DNA of 64,000 nt from Dromiciops gliroides (Eukaryota). Below, piece by piece: positions 25,011 to 38,888 of this stretch. The position numbers and the translations under genes are program-made. A model generated the notes under the pieces. It did not search any database. It worked only from the letters and a program-made list of their open reading frames with translations, and was not told the origin of the DNA. The stretch is from the NCBI RefSeq assembly GCF_019393635.1, contig NC_057863.1, positions 490,456,948 through 490,520,947 on the forward strand. The letters run 5' to 3'. Each line of letters starts with the position of its first letter. Position 1 is the stretch's first letter.

Positions 25011-27639
25011 TGTTAGCTCAAGGTCAGAGCATGTAAGCAGCAATGCTGAGGGTAGACCTCAGGCCTTCTTACCCATATCACTGCGCTACAATATTTCTGC
25101 CTCTGCTCCTCCAACCTTCTATTTGTGCACATTGTCTTTCCTTTTCATGTGTACTAATGTCGCTTGTCCAGAAATATTTTTTTCCTCTTTTTAATCAAAT
25201 CTCTCAATTACTCAGTCACTGAGTTCTGATTTGATCCAAGATTGATGCTATCTAAAAATTAGCATGCCTACTTTCTGTTTTCTCATGCAAAGCATTGATA
25301 CTAATTAGAGACAAGAACTAGAACCCAGGTCTTCTGTTTGCTGGTCCAGTGCTTCTCCCTCCCAGCCCTCTCACCTCACACTTACAGCACATGACACCTA
25401 GTAGAAAGATATTACTACTATTAATAATAATAAGTCTTAACTTATTATAGTAGTAGATATTACTAACAAAGAAAAAAAACCCCTAAAGTCAGAGACTTGG
25501 AACTTCAAGAGATTCTTCCCAAATCAATACTGTTGTCATGTTCCCAAACCAAATTTTTTAATATTACTGTCCATACATTTCATTCTGGCACAAGGCCATG
25601 TCTGGCCCTTTCAATCTTACACATCAGTATTCTATGACATTCCTTCAGCTCCAGACACATAAGTCTTTTTACCCCCTATGCTTATTCTTGCCACTAAATC
25701 CCTATTCATAATGTTAATTCATTCTACAAGTATTTATCATATGCGTAGTATATAGGGCTTTCATTGAAGCTCCTCAGATGCTTCATCATAGCATGTTGGT
25801 AATTTTGAGTTCACAAAAACAATCTATCAGAATATAAGCTCTGGTAGGTTTTGCCAAGCTGGAAAAGCTTCAGGTATAGAGTCTGCTGATGAAATATATG
25901 TCTGTTGTCTGAGAACCAGCCTACTTAACTTAGGAGAAGTATTTAATACTATGTGTTGAGAACTTTGTTGTTCCCCCAACCTAGAATCCACCTTTCCCTT
26001 AATTCTTCATTAACTTCAGGGCTTATCTCAAGTCCCACCCACTTTTTGAATCTTTTAAGTATACTTATCTTTTCCCTTATGGATATTTAGCATTTATCAT
26101 GTAAATTAAAGGTTCTGGCCTTACATAATATATCCCGTCTTGGATGTGAAAGCTTCATTTAACCACACTATGAACAGGAAATGTTTGTTTTGTTTTTCTC
26201 ACACAGCATTAACACTGTGCTGAGATAAAAACTACAAGACAAAAAGCTTAGGAAAGACCTGTGTGTGTTTCTGTGTTTTCTAATGAAAATCTATACTGAG
26301 ATAGGAGGAGAAATTAGAAAGACAACAGTCTGAAGATACAAATGAGGAATATGAACTAAATCAAAAGATTTCAATATAGAAATAAAATTTTGCTTCTAAA
26401 AGTGAGGTTAGAGTAGTTTACCAAAAGTAATAGAAAATAAAACAGAAATAGTGGATAGTCTGAGCTTCCAATTTCTTCCCAGGTAATCAGACTGAAAAAG
26501 GTTCTATAGTAATATCTTAAGATATAGGTAAACATAACTTCAACTTCTAGGGCTTAGGGAGTAATAAAACTTTTCTCTATTTTATGAGCCTACAGCCCCT
26601 AGATCTGCCAGGACTCAGGAGAGTGCTTGCAAAACCCAGCAACTTTTTATTAGGTCACTTTCTTTGGTTATACTCAAACAAAAAACTGGGAAGAAATTTT
26701 ACAATACCAATAACAATAGTAATAGCTAGCATTTATATGGCTACTATTTGCCATGTACTGTCTAAGCACTTTACAAATATCATCTCATTTGATCCTCCAA
26801 CAACCCTGTGAGGCAAGTGATGTTCATCATCTCTATTTTATACTTGAGAAACCTCAGGCAAACAGAGATTAAATGACTTGACCAGGGGTCACACAGCTAG
26901 TGAGTATGAGATTCAGATCTTCCTAACTTCAGGCCTTCACTCTATCCATTGGGCCACCTAGCCACTATAAAAGTTGATAATATATTCACATAGTTGGAGA
27001 TACTGTGGGAGGGCTGTGTAAGTAAGAGAAATAACATAAAGGAAAATTACAAGCTGATGATATACCATCTTATGCCTGAGCTTTAAATTTGTTTAGCTGA
27101 AATGATGAAATAAGGGAAGTTAAATTTTGGCAATGAGTACTAAAAGATGGAGAGACATGCAACTTCAATTACAAATTTGATTTGAATAGCTGTTGGGAAC
27201 CACTGCTGGTTTCTGAGAACACAAGGGATAGAATTATAGCACCACAGATTTTGAGCTGGAAAGAACCTTAGAAACCTTGGTACAACTGCTTCATTTTACA
27301 GATGAATTAATAGGGCCTAGAAAGGCTAAGTGACTTGCCCAAGGTTACAATAGGCAGTAAGTTGCAGAGACAAGATTACAATCAGTCATCAAGGTTCTAT
27401 TAAGCTCCAACTGTATAACAAACACTTTGCTAAACTCTAGGGATATTAAAAAAAAAAAGTCCATGCCTGCAAGGAATTTATAGTCTAATGGGGGAACAAT
27501 GTGAATGTATGGATATGCAGTATGAATAAATGATAGAAGAATTAGAAGGTAGCTTTCTGAAAGTACCCTGGCAACTCGGGGATCAGGAAACACTTTATGG
27601 AGTATGACTTCAACTCCAGCACCACTTTCAGGCTACCCC

Positions 27640-27835
27640 ACTGCATAATACCAGTGCTTAAGACAGGCGATTCTCAATAAACATAAGAACGGACTAAAAG
27701 ATAATATACTAATATGGAAAAATGTTTTACATAATTTCATATGTATAATTAATATCACATTTCTTGGAAGGAGGAGGAAAAGAAGGGAAAAAAAGAATTT
27801 GGAACTAAAAATTTTTTTAAATGAATTCAAAAAAC
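27640..27835 (+). mobile_element. L1 3' terminus
   Basis: Contains ggaaggaggaggaaaagaagggaaaaaaagaatttggaactaaaaattttttt. Confidence 0.6.
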
Positions 27836-28906
27836 AAATTTACTTTTAAAAATAAAAATAAAATGAATATTACCATCAAAAAAATTAAACACTGCTTAAT
27901 AATCATCTCTAAAAAGATCCCACCACAAGGCCTATACTCAGGGTATGTGAAGACAAAAAGAAACTTCATTTTTATTGTTTTTTTCTTTTTCTTTTCACAA
28001 ACTAGGAGAAAGTAGGGAAGAGAGCTGCATAGCAAAGGAGTTGCCAAAAAGCATCACTGAAGCTTTTTATTCACATGCACAAAGGAGGAAACACAGGAAA
28101 GGAGGACAGATGTGGAAGCATTCACATGCTGGGTTCTACTCTACATATGGAAATGTCTGTCTGATCTGGTTTCTTAAGAATGAAAAAACAAAACAAAAAC
28201 CACTCTTATCAGGCCTTCTGGTGATAAGAACTGGATATCAAAGAAGATGTGGAACAATTGGGGATCTGCTAAGCAAACTATGGCATTATGGATGCAATGA
28301 AATATTAATTACTGTGTTTTAAAAAACAATGAATCTGCATAATTCAGAGAAGCCTGAGAAGACTTATGAACTGATGCAGAGGAAAATCAGCAGAACCAGA
28401 AAAATAACATACAAAATAACTGCCACAGTAAGGAAAGGGAAAAAAAAACACTCTCAAGACAAGGGCCATTTAAATTACAATGACCAAGTTTTTCCTTCTT
28501 TCCAGATGTGAGGGACTATGGTAATGGAATACTAAATATACTGTCAGACCTGGCAGATACAATGATATATTGTTGAACTGATTTGCTTCTCAATCTCAAT
28601 TTTTTATTCTTTGTCATTAAGGGATAGGTAAAGGGGAAAGAAATGATACAAAAACAGTCATTAATAAAATTTTCTCAATGATATCTTCCTAGATCAATGC
28701 TATTTGCTTCCAAAAATTCTAAATACTTCAACAACCTCTTCAATGTTGGTATTTTAAGTATTGTGAATGTTATTTTTTATACTGCTTATACATCTGTTCT
28801 TTCTCTCTAAAAGGGTAGGCTTTTGTCTTTTTATTTGTTCTCTTTCCATACCATATCTAATTTATAAGTATTATATATTCTGCTGACTACATGAAAAAAG
28901 TTTTAC

Positions 28907-28993
28907 CTTCATTAAAGCAGTTTCTCCATTACTCTGCTGAACATTCACAAAAGCTCCAGCTTCCAAAAGAATAGCCACTGTAGTTAGAAAGTT
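28907..28993 (-). CDS. MPHOSPH8: MPHOSPH8 exon 9 (ankyrin), 29 codons. Peptide NFLTTVAILLEAGAFVNVQQSNGETALMK
   Basis: The acceptor is ttttttttcaaag|AAC and the donor is ATGAAG|GTAAAA. The peptide is identical to the human segment as I recall it. Confidence 0.88.
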
Positions 28994-29486
28994 CTTTGAA
29001 AAAAAAAATAAACAGTCAAACCAAAATCCCAAATACATTATTTTTCTAATTAATAGTCAAGAAATTTATAATTTTGTTAGTGATTTGGCAATAAGGAATA
29101 GAAACCAAAATCAGTACCAACCAATTGTCTATTACTCATAACAGCTTCATTTATGGTTTTATTTTCATTTATAAAACATGCTAGCTTCTAATGGACAAAT
29201 TTATTTTAAGTAATACTATCTGATATCATGGGTTGTATTGAGAGTTGTTTTGAATTATTTCATTAACTGCTCCACATAAAGTCCTTGGTCCATAAAAAGT
29301 TTTACAACTAAATATAAAGTAGATCAGTATTAGTAGAAGCAGTTGTCATTTAATATAGAGTAGAAAGATCTATGTGACTCTTGCACATTTTGGGGGTAGT
29401 CTTATAAAAGCAAAGTCTACCTGGATCCAATGGCAGTCCTTACAAAGATTACTAAATTGAATCTATTGCAATAAAAAGTAACTAAC

Positions 29487-29627
29487 CTTCTCAGCTGCAT
29501 GAATGAGAGCAGTGGTTCCATTTTTTTGTCTACCGTTAACTTTTGCACCTTTCTTGATAAGGAGCCTGAGTAGGTCATCTTGTCCTCCTGCTGCTGCAAG
29601 CATCACCAATGTCATTCCACTAGAGTC
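29487..29627 (-). CDS. MPHOSPH8: MPHOSPH8 exon 8 (ankyrin repeat region), 47 codons. Peptide DSSGMTLVMLAAAGGQDDLLRLLIKKGAKVNGRQKNGTTALIHAAEK
   Basis: The peptide carries an ankyrin-repeat signature nearly identical to human MPP8. The acceptor is ctttaaaaataaag|GAC and the donor is GAGAAG|GTTAGT. Confidence 0.88.
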
Positions 29628-29879
29628 CTTTATTTTTAAAGGGAAACAATAATTAATTTTTTTAATAATTAAATTTTAATAAGAAACTCTTTTAGAACAA
29701 AGCCTTTAGAGATAAGTTTTAAATTCAATTTAACACAAGACACTCAAATGATTATTTACTAAGTACCTACTGTGTGCAGTCAAGTAGATGAGCCCAGGAT
29801 ATTTTGTTGTTTAGTCATTTTTCAGTGATGTCCAACTCTTCATGACTCCATTTGGAGTTTTCTTGGCAAAGATAACTGG

Positions 29880-30060
29880 AATGGTTTGCCATTTCTTTCT
29901 CTAGCTCAATTTTACAGATGAGGAAACTGAGGCAAACAGGGTGAAGTGACTTGCTCAGAGTCACACAGCTAGTAAGTGTCTGAGACTAGATTTGAACTCA
30001 GGAAGATGAATCTTCCTGATTCCAAACCCAACACACTATCCACTAAGCAACCTAAAGCCC
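29880..30060 (-). mobile_element. MIR-type CORE-SINE, old
   Basis: Contains TTTTACAGATGAGGAAACTGAGGCAAACAGGGTGAAGTGACTTGCTCAGAGTCACACAGC. Confidence 0.7.
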
Positions 30061-31319
30061 TGGATATACAAAGATGAAAAACTGCATAGGCCCAAAATAA
30101 ACAGAATGAGACTTCAACTGCCAAAAATGTACATTCAAAAGTCTATTTCATGTGTCATTTTCAGAATACCAGCTCAGATTTCCTTCCATCTGCATTTAAA
30201 GCCAAAATCAGACTCCCTCAAAAAAGTCCCAAAGAGGCCATTAGTGAAGTTCAGGATATAAGTAAAGTATTGCACTCAATGAGCAGGATGAACAGCAGAC
30301 ACTGAGCAAGAAGAGCAGCAAAAACAGTAAAAATGCTTACGTGATGCTAAATCAAAGTAAATCTGATTATTACAGTGAACCAGTGTGTGGTAACAAAAGC
30401 TCAGATGATTTGAAATCCTCCAACCCTAAAATGTTGGTTCTACTTTAAGGTTCTGATTTTCCTCTAGATAGTTTGCATGCACCATTCATCTCCTCCACTT
30501 GGCTCTCTTCAAAATAAAGAGTAATTTCAGTAAAAGTAAGCTCAGTAATTGCTTGAAAATTTAAAAAAAAGAAAAAACTCTTCCAAAACATCCCTTAGTA
30601 CTTCATGCCAAATGGCAGGCCCCTGTGTGTATGGGACATTGTTTGGAGCAGGATTTATGGTTTACCATAGTGGTCAGTCTAAATTCTTATTAAAACTGTT
30701 AACCTGATAGGAAACCTGTTTTTCATGGTTTGGGTCTCAAAAGATTATATTCTTATAATATTGAAACCATACTTTCTTTTAGAAAATTTGAGTGATGCTT
30801 TCATGGGAAGAGAAAGGGCCTATATGAGAAGGCTATTATAGAAGCAACAAAGGCTACAAAACAGTTGACCCTGGAAGTATAGGAACTGTTAAGGAAGGAG
30901 GAGAAAACAAAAATATCTACCCAAAGGGGTATGGCACAAGGGGTGGAAAAGTGCAGGAAAAGGAGGGAAAAGGACAAAACCTCTTCCAAAGGATAGAAGC
31001 AAAGTGATGGCAAAAGCAGGGTTCTTTTCCCTTGGGAACTGCTAGACTATGAAGATAGGATGGTCTGCTTATCTATAAGGGTGCCAGCTGCACAAGTAGT
31101 TTCTCAGCCTAGGGCAGACTGACTGGCACCTGTCTTTATTCCCAAGGACACACAAAGAGTCCACCTTGGGATGCAAACAACACATTATGTCAGCTCAGGG
31201 AGGGGCTTCATCTTTGTCACATTCTCTGGGTCTAGTGTTTCTGAAAAATATGGCAACTCAAAAAGACAAGTTCAGGGGACCCCTTAATATTCTCCAATAG
31301 TACCCTTTTCCTATTTTTT

Positions 31320-31440
31320 TTCTTTAAAAAATTGTATATAAACATTATATAAATACAATATAAATATATAAACATTGTATATAAACATTATATAAATATA
31401 TGTGTATATATGAATGCTTTACATGCACATATATGTATAT
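31320..31440. repeat. Minisatellite of about 4 imperfect copies of a roughly 25-bp unit (tgtatataaacattatataaata), followed by (TA/TG)n
   Basis: Visible by direct reading. Confidence 0.8.
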
Positions 31441-31539
31441 TTCAATCAGCAAATACACACCTTCTCCCCCCCCCCAACCCCTCAATTAAGAATGAAAAAA
31501 TAAAACCTCTTTTACAAACAGTATCCTAAAGCATAACAT

Positions 31540-31900
31540 ATTGCCATTTTCCACTGTATCTGGAGATGGGTGAAAAAAACATGAATTATCATTACTCCTC
31601 TGGAAGCACGGTAGATCATTACATTAATCAGTCAGTCTTTCAAAGTTATTTTCACCATGTTATTGTCATTGTAAAAATTGTTCTCCTGGGTCTGTTCACT
31701 TCACTCTGTTCCTACATGTCTTTCCAGGTTTCTCTAAAACCATCCTCCTTCATTATTTCTTACATCACAGTTTCATCATATTCATATGCCATAACCTGTT
31801 CAGCCATTTCCCAATTCATGGGACAGCCCCTCAGATTCCCACTTTTTGTCACCTGAAAAAGCTATAAACAGTTGTGTACATCCTTAGAGTTTGTTTTGCT
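31540..31900 (+). mobile_element. L1-derived fragment
   Basis: Homologous to 13050-13330 and 18560-18960. Confidence 0.55.
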
Positions 31901-32269
31901 TAAGACTAATCCACCCCATAACCTACCCTGCCACTAATTCGACCTTTTCTTTTCCTCTCCTTTCCCTCCTCTTTCCCTGCTGAGTGAAACATATTTTTGT
32001 ACCCAACTCTGTATGTGTCCGTATTTTTCCATCTTTTGACCAGTTCAGATGAGAGTGAAGTTCACATGTCAGCTGCTCCGCCTGACCCCTACTCCTGGAT
32101 TCCATAAGGTATCTGCTTGCATGCCCTGATTATGTAAGATGATTTCCCCTAGACTTCCTTTCCTTTCCCCTCCAGCATATTCCTTTTCTTTTTCCATTCT
32201 TAAGATCATCAAGAAGTAAAAGAACCACTCTGAGGCCTTGTCTAATTTGACTCCTTCCTTCTGTGAATC

Positions 32270-34130
32270 CTGGTGATGACAGGGTTCAGAGGGGGCCCAT
32301 GTCATATATTTGAATGTAAGCAGTTTGTCAGCATTGTGCATTCATGTTTACCTTTTCATGTTTCTCTTCAGTCTTCTATTCGAACTTCAGAGTTTCTCTG
32401 CAGCTGTGGCCTTTTCATCAGGAATGCTGGGAAGTCCTTGATTTCATTCAAGTTCAATTCCCCCCCCTCAGTTGCAAAGTACTCAGTTTTGCTGAGTAAG
32501 TTATTCTTGGCTGTAAGCCCATATCCTCTGCCTTCTGGAATACCATATTCCAAGTTCTCTGCTCCTTTACAGTGGTGGCTGCTAAACTGTGTGTTATTCT
32601 GACTTGAATTCTTGATACTTAAATTCTTTCAGGCTGCCATTTGCAATATTTTTTCCTTGACCTGGAAATGCGAGATTTTGGCTATGATGTTACTGGGAGT
32701 TTTTATTTTGGAGTTGCTTTAAGGAGGACCAGTAGATTCTTTCTATTTCCACTTTTAAGATTTCTTTAAATAGGATATCTAGTCTCTCTTTTTAGTCATG
32801 GTGTTCAGGTAATGCACTGATTCTTAATTTTTTCCTCCCTAATATGATTTTCAGGTCAGTTGTTTTTGTCGTGAGATATTTTCCGTTTTCTTCTATTATT
32901 TCAAGTTTTTTACTTTATTTTATTATTTCTTGTTGCCTCATGGACTCACTGGCTTCTCTTTGGTCCATTCTAAGTTTCAGAAAGTTTGTTGCTAGGGCCA
33001 GGTTTTATACCTCTTGTGCCAGGTTGTTAATTCCAATTCCAATTCTTTCTCCCAAAGTTCTCATTTCTTTTCCATTTTTCCCTCTAGAACTATCATTTTG
33101 AACATTTAAAAAACATTTTAAAACATTTTAAACTCCTGTTTTACCTCTTCCAAAAATTCTTGAATTTGTACCCAAGCTGTATTTTTCTTTGGGACTTGCT
33201 TTGTAGATGTTTTGGAGTCATTCTCTTCTGTATTTGTTCCTTGAGCACCCCTACTACTATAATAGCTTGACTTTGAACATGATATTAAGGCTGAGCCCTG
33301 TGGCACTTTTGGAGGATGGATCTGGGCTGGTGCTATTACTACATTTTCAGGGTACTGGGTATTGTGTCAACTCCAGGATCTTAGGGACAGCCTATAGATG
33401 TGCAAGCTTTCAGTACCCAAAATGGTCTAATCCAAGGCATAGACTGACTGCTGGTTCCCCACCCCACACTCCACACACTGGTCTGAGTTCTGCAAGTTGC
33501 TGACCTCACTTTGGGTCTGAATAAAAGAAGACTACTACTGGAATCTTCCCCCTGTCACCCAGCTGGGAAGGTTTACTGGTTTAGAGTAACAGGGTAGAAT
33601 TCCCTTTGGTCTGGGGTTCCTGCCCTAGTTATTCTTCTGAAGGCTTTAAACTAGTCCAGAAGCTGGAACTGAGACTCTGATCTGCTTCTAAATTTTGAGC
33701 CACATTACCACTGCTTGCTCTTTCAGTACAGTGCCTATGGTGGGCAACTGCTCCTACCCTGAATTGTCCCTTATACACAGGTCCCCTGCTCAGTCTGCCC
33801 AGGATCTGGGACCTGGAAATAGGTAGTTGGCAACAAAGTTGCCAGTTGGCCAACCTGTTACTACCATGATGCCCCACTGTGCATCTGGGACTTATTATCC
33901 TGTTACAGTTTCTCCTTTGCAATGGAATTTTCCACAGACCTGCCCTTGGCCAGATCCCCTTCTACTGTGTCCATAGTCTATCTGTGCTGACATGGGGTTG
34001 AAAAATGACTCACTGGGACTTTTTATTGGATTTTCCTATCAGGATTTGGCCCAGTGTGTTTTTTAGATATGTTTAGAGAAGTTTTGGGGAAAATTTGTTT
34101 TATTTCTTTCCTACTATTCTGCCACCCTGG
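32270..34130 (+). mobile_element. LINE-derived repeat copy, about 1.9 kb
   Basis: Collinear homology with 41480-42660. Shared strings include ggtcagttgt(t/c)tttg and ttttggagtcattctcttc...gaaaaatgactcactg. Confidence 0.6.
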
Positions 34131-34187
34131 CTCTACCTTTGACTTGGGAATTTAGATAAAAAGAAGTATGTTTTGAAAATATAAATA

Positions 34188-34330
34188 GGGGCAGCTAGGT
34201 GGCGCAGTGGATAGAGCACTGGCCCTGGAGTCAGGAGTACCTGAGTTCAAATCCAGTCTTAAGACAATTAACACTTACTAGCTGTGTGACCCTGGGCAAG
34301 TCACTTAACCCCAATTGCCTCACTTAAAAA
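34188..34330 (+). mobile_element. SINE copy with TSD AAAATATAA(A/C)T and a downstream (AT)n tail
   Basis: Forward match. Confidence 0.85.
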
Positions 34331-34856
34331 AATATATATATATATATAAAATATAACTGACTACTAAATGGGTGAGCTTTTCTTCTGACTGGCTATCCTA
34401 AATTTTTTTTGGTATGCCCTAGTAAATTTTACTTTGTGAATTATTTGTCATGTGTGTAATTGCTGAATTCTAGATATATCTAATTTCTTAATTTTGGGAA
34501 AAAACATTTTAATTAAGGCATCTATATGCAGGTCAAAAAATGAGAAAATCTAAATTGTATAATGCTCTGACAGGTACAAAAAGAGGAAATCAAATTAACT
34601 AAACTTGAAACAAAGAAAAGAAGGTCAAAGTTCTGACAAGAAGGAGAAAGTTCAATGAAAAGGCTGCATTAAGTAGAAATAATGCAACCCAAGTATTGGT
34701 ATTTGTAATGAGGAAGAAAGGAAAGCTTTTAGAAAGGCCACAAGAAAAGCAACATTTTTAAGGCTATTGATAATTGCTTCTGATTTCACATATTAACCTA
34801 CTTTTTTATAGGAGCTACATTTCAATAAAAGTTCCTTAGGAATATTACTCTATTAC

Positions 34857-34945
34857 CTCTTGGTCCAAATTATAGTCCTCATTTGAATTAAGTGCGATTT
34901 TCACTGTAACATAGTCTCCATTTTTCACGGCATCCCTCAGTGAGT
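34857..34945 (-). CDS. MPHOSPH8: MPHOSPH8 exon 7 (89 nt). Peptide (N)SLRDAVKNGDYVTVKIALNSNEDYNLDQE
   Basis: A 108-nt intron separates it from exon 6, with the acceptor cttctttag|AC. The donor is CAAGAG|GTAATA. The peptide matches human NVLRDAVKNGDYITVKVALNSNEEYNLDQE. Confidence 0.85.
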
Positions 34946-35053
34946 CTAAAGAAGAAAAAAAGTCAATTTTATACCAATTCTGATTTTTGGATTTAAAAAA
35001 AAAATACCAACCAAATTTTTCAAATGGTATCTTACAATTTCAAAAGTACTTAC

Positions 35054-35176
35054 TACTTGGTATAGCATCTGCTGTTGTAAAATTCTCATCTTCTCCATTA
35101 AGATGCTTTTGAAAATCTTCTAATTTCATCCACTCCAACTGCAAATCCATTCCCAAACTCAAAACTTGCTGCCTGT
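35054..35176 (-). CDS. MPHOSPH8: MPHOSPH8 exon 6 (123 nt). Peptide (D)RQQVLSLGMDLQLEWMKLEDFQKHLNGEDENFTTADAIPS
   Basis: The acceptor is atctaacag|ACAGGC and the donor is CCAAGTA|GTAAGT. The codon split across the junction is consistent with exon 5 (G+AC gives D). The peptide matches human RQQILSLGMDLQLEWMKLEDFQKHLDGKDENFAATDAIPS. Confidence 0.85.
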
Positions 35177-35337
35177 CTGTTAGATATTGTAGATGACTTA
35201 TTAATTACATTTTTAAAGATGATCATAAAATCACAGATGTTGCTATTTTCCCACATTCCTCCATCTTATGTGGAAATAAAGAACCAAGTCCCAAAGTGAA
35301 ATATCTATTATCTATACAGAGCTATCTATTATACATA

Positions 35338-35355
35338 CGCATTCTTCTCTCTCTC
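35338..35355. repeat. (CT)9
   Basis: Visible by direct reading. Confidence 0.9.
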
Positions 35356-36676
35356 TCTCTGTTAAGCATTGACTCCTTTACTTAAAATGAAAAATCAAAA
35401 AGCAAGTTTTCCTTTGGTTAGCACGTTTTTTGGAGGAAAGGTTTCCTCTGGACAGAATACTTGACTCCCAGCTCTGTCGCTTACTACTTAGGCGACTTGG
35501 ACAAATCACTTAACATCTGTGTACCTCTATTTTTTCATCTGAAAAAGAGGGGACTGGACTAGATAACTAAGGCCCCTTTCTAGCTTTAAATCAACAACCC
35601 TATAATTTTTAGTTGCAAAACAGTTCCAGCAAACTGTTAGCAGCCTAGACACCTGACTAGTTTGGAAAAAGGAATAAACCTTAGAGTGGCTTCAAATAAT
35701 TCAATAATTAGTGATGGTGCATTTTAAAATTTCTTCACCTACTTATTAAAATGTGAAAATGGAACTTCTTGATACCATGTAAGACTTAATAAGCTGAATT
35801 TCCCCCAAAAAACAACACAACCTAACCGTTCAGTAGTTTTTTCTTTCCACAAAAATTTAAGTTCATAGAAATATGCACTTAAGATAATAAAGGAACATTT
35901 TCCTAATGAATTTTCCAATCAATGAAAACTCATGACTGTTAACCTTAAGGTTTTCTACTAATGAAAAGTCCCTTATTAACCATCCTTCCCTTTTACTACA
36001 CCCTCACTCAGATTTTCTTCTGAGTAGCTGAGTAAATTGGCTCCCTAACCCTTGCACATGGCTTACTTACCTGCCTAAGTCTTCTCTGCTTCTGCCTTTC
36101 TCACCATCTAGAATGGCCTTATATCAACTGCACACTAAGCCCTTTCTTTCTTTCTTACCTTAAAGCATACAATTTCATATCTTCTGTGGATTTTTTCCAG
36201 ATAAACCCCACCAGGTTTTAATCCACTCAGGCAAACTTCTGTTTCTGTGACTAGTTAATGAATATATTTGTATATAATAGTATTCCACTCCTGTGTAGTC
36301 AAACTTTCATTCCTGCCTTCATCCAAAATTGTTTCTTCTATTAGTCTCTAAACATAATGGACACATTTTATGTGCTTATTTAATAACTCTCCATAAATTG
36401 AGTTAGAGAGTTCAGGATATCTTCCGTTTTCAACATAACATATTGGTTCATATTTTAAGACATGTCTTATTCTACTATCCTACTTTCTAAACTTCAAATG
36501 GAATTGCTAAAGTCAAAGAGAAAACCAGAAAATGTGAGAAAAAAATCCCAAACAAAAAACTTTTGTCTTCTCTTTTCCAGGTACCCTACACAAATGGTAA
36601 TATTTGAAAACTTAAGAATAACTTGGTTGGCTTATGGTTGAGTCGTAATTTATGACTCATTTTTCATCATACTCAC

Positions 36677-36919
36677 CAGCATTTTCGTCCATTTGACACA
36701 CACTGTCTAATACATCTTGATCACCTTCTGCAGCTATATATGCCCAAGTATCAGTCTCATCCCTTGTACTTCTTCTCTCCTTGAATAACTGTTTATTTTC
36801 CTTAGTTCTGTAGTCTTCAGTAAACATTTCTTCTCTTTTCCGATTATTCTCTGAATAGTCATTTTTTTCTTCCGGTGTTAATGCAAATAAATCAAATGCA
36901 TTCCTCATTTCTTTAAATG
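36677..36919 (-). CDS. MPHOSPH8: MPHOSPH8 exon 5 (243 nt). Peptide (T)FKEMRNAFDLFALTPEEKNDYSENNRKREEMFTEDYRTKENKQLFKERRSTRDETDTWAYIAAEGDQDVLDSVCQMDENA
   Basis: The peptide is conserved against the human EIRNAFDLFKLTPEEKND...TDTWAYIAAEGDQEVLDSVCQ segment. The donor GCTG|GTGAGT is at 36676-. The acceptor is probably ctatactag|CA at 36920. An alternative aaag| acceptor 7 nt downstream is also in frame. Confidence 0.8.
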
Positions 36920-37652
36920 CTAGTATAGAATAAAGTGATTTATGATAAAAAATACAATCACAAATTCTTGTTGCAAAACAAGAATAATATCCTGTCTTTT
37001 GGATGTTTTAAGAAAAACTGTTGTTTCTATTTGCTAATATAGTAACTGGCTGTGGATAAAGGAATACACCCAAATTCATTACCAGAATCAAACAATTTCG
37101 ATGTGTTATTTTTACTGGTTGTCCAACATCCAACAAAGCTCATCATAGTGACTAACCCTGCACCTCTCCCTTCCATAACCTTCTCTTCCCACCCTCAAAG
37201 TACTCTGGGCTCACATGGACTAGGTCTCATCCTAAGAATTTGACCTCAATGGGCAAATCTTTTTTTTTTAGTTCACTGCCCCCACTTGGACTAATTCAGA
37301 CCAACTTCCAAAACAAAACTTTCCTACAGCTTAGTCCACCATGTCCCTAAATTTGGTATTAGTGTTCCCAGATCCCACAGACACTTACCAAATATACAAG
37401 GTATAGGATAGCCTTCATTTTACCCCACAGAAAATGCATAGGATGCTAAGGCCTCAAAGGAACCCATGAAGTAATAAAGAAGCAAAAGAGTGAATGCGTT
37501 TCTCCATAATTTCTTAGAAAGTGCAGATGTCTAGTTCTATTTTTAGCACTATAAGGAGAGTCAACTTGTCTTAAAAAGGTTTAATTAGAGTAAACACTTA
37601 AAACAAACTATATATGTTAAAAATCAATTAAAATTCAATTACTTATACTCAC

Positions 37653-37752
37653 TTTTTATTCCCTTTTGTTCTTTTTTCCCCCTTTCTTCCTTGTCAGAAT
37701 CATACCTTTTCTGATATTTTTCTTTTACTTCATTTTTCCGTGTTTCTTTCTC
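37653..37752 (-). CDS. MPHOSPH8: MPHOSPH8 exon 4 (100 nt, phase 0 in, 1 out). Peptide EKETRKNEVKEKYQKRYDSDKEERGKKEQKGIK
   Basis: The acceptor is ttgctttcattatcag|GAG and the donor is AAAAA|GTGAGT. The peptide matches the human MPP8 segment EDKETKRNESKEKYQKRHDSDKEEKGRKEPKGLK. Confidence 0.8.
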
Positions 37753-38417
37753 CTGATAATGAAAGCAAGATACAAATGGAATTGGAAAGTGACACTATGT
37801 AATAAACAGGGTCTTTTAAACAATGAAAAATATGGCATCAAGGCCATGCAGTCTATTTTCCTATGACTAAATATTATAATTTTTCCTCATCTTTTTTCCT
37901 ACTACTCTGAAATACCCTTCTGCCATTTGGTAAGAGATAAAAATGATATACTTATAATATTGAATAACTTAAATGTTTTATTACACATCTATCAAGTAAT
38001 AAAGATGGGAAACCATTATAGGGATTGCAGCAGGACAGGAATGCTCCAATAGGAGTTTGTTTTCATAATCAATCCACTTTTTCAGCTTTTTTTGTGTATG
38101 AAAATGTTCGTGTTTTTCAGTTAAGTTCAAAATAACAAAAATTAATTCTTTTTTAAAATACAAGCTTGCTAACTTCCCGCAGTTAGAGTGAACTGGCCCA
38201 GCTATTCTGAAAAATGATTTGGAATTACTGAATAAAAGTTAGAATTTAATTCATATGTTATCCCAGATATTTTACTACTAGGGATCTATACCTGCAGATA
38301 GTTATAAACAGGAAGAAAAGATCTATATGTAGAAAATATCCATAGCAGAATACTTGTGATAAGAAAAGAGTTGGAAAGAAATGATGTCCCCAACGATTGG
38401 AAAATGGAAGCACATGA

Positions 38418-38419
38418 TT

Positions 38420-38458
<39 letters not shown>

Positions 38459-38465
38459 TATATAT
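38418..38465. repeat. (TA)n(CA)n microsatellite
   Basis: Visible by direct reading. Confidence 0.9.
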
Positions 38466-38747
38466 GAGAATATTAGCACACCCTAAGTTACAAACATGAA
38501 TTCAGAAAAACACAAGAGTACCATTAAATTAAAGTTGAAGGGCCTATCCCTTTTTTCTTTGTTAATCAATAAAGTAACTCCTTTCAGTAAATGAGCTTTG
38601 CAGATAATGTGTTTGGATGTTCATTAATAATAATAATAGTATTTATATATCACTTTGAAGTCTGCCAAATGTTTTACAACTATTTCTTCATTTGATGTTC
38701 ACAATAACCCTGAAAGGTTAAATTAAGTACTATAATTATATTCCCCA

Positions 38748-38888
38748 TTTTACAGATAAGAAAACTGAGGTACACAGAGGTTCAGTGACTTGCCCAGGTC
38801 ATACAGCTAGTAAGTGTCTGAGGCCAGATTTGAACTATGGTCCTCCTGACTCCAGGGCTAGCACTCTATCAACTGCACTACCTAGTTC
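38748..38888 (-). mobile_element. SINE/MIR-like copy
   Basis: Contains TACAGATAAGAAAACTGAGGTACACAGAGGTTCAGTGACTTGCCCAGGTCATACAGCTAGTAAGTGTCTGAGGCCAGATTTGAACT. Confidence 0.75.
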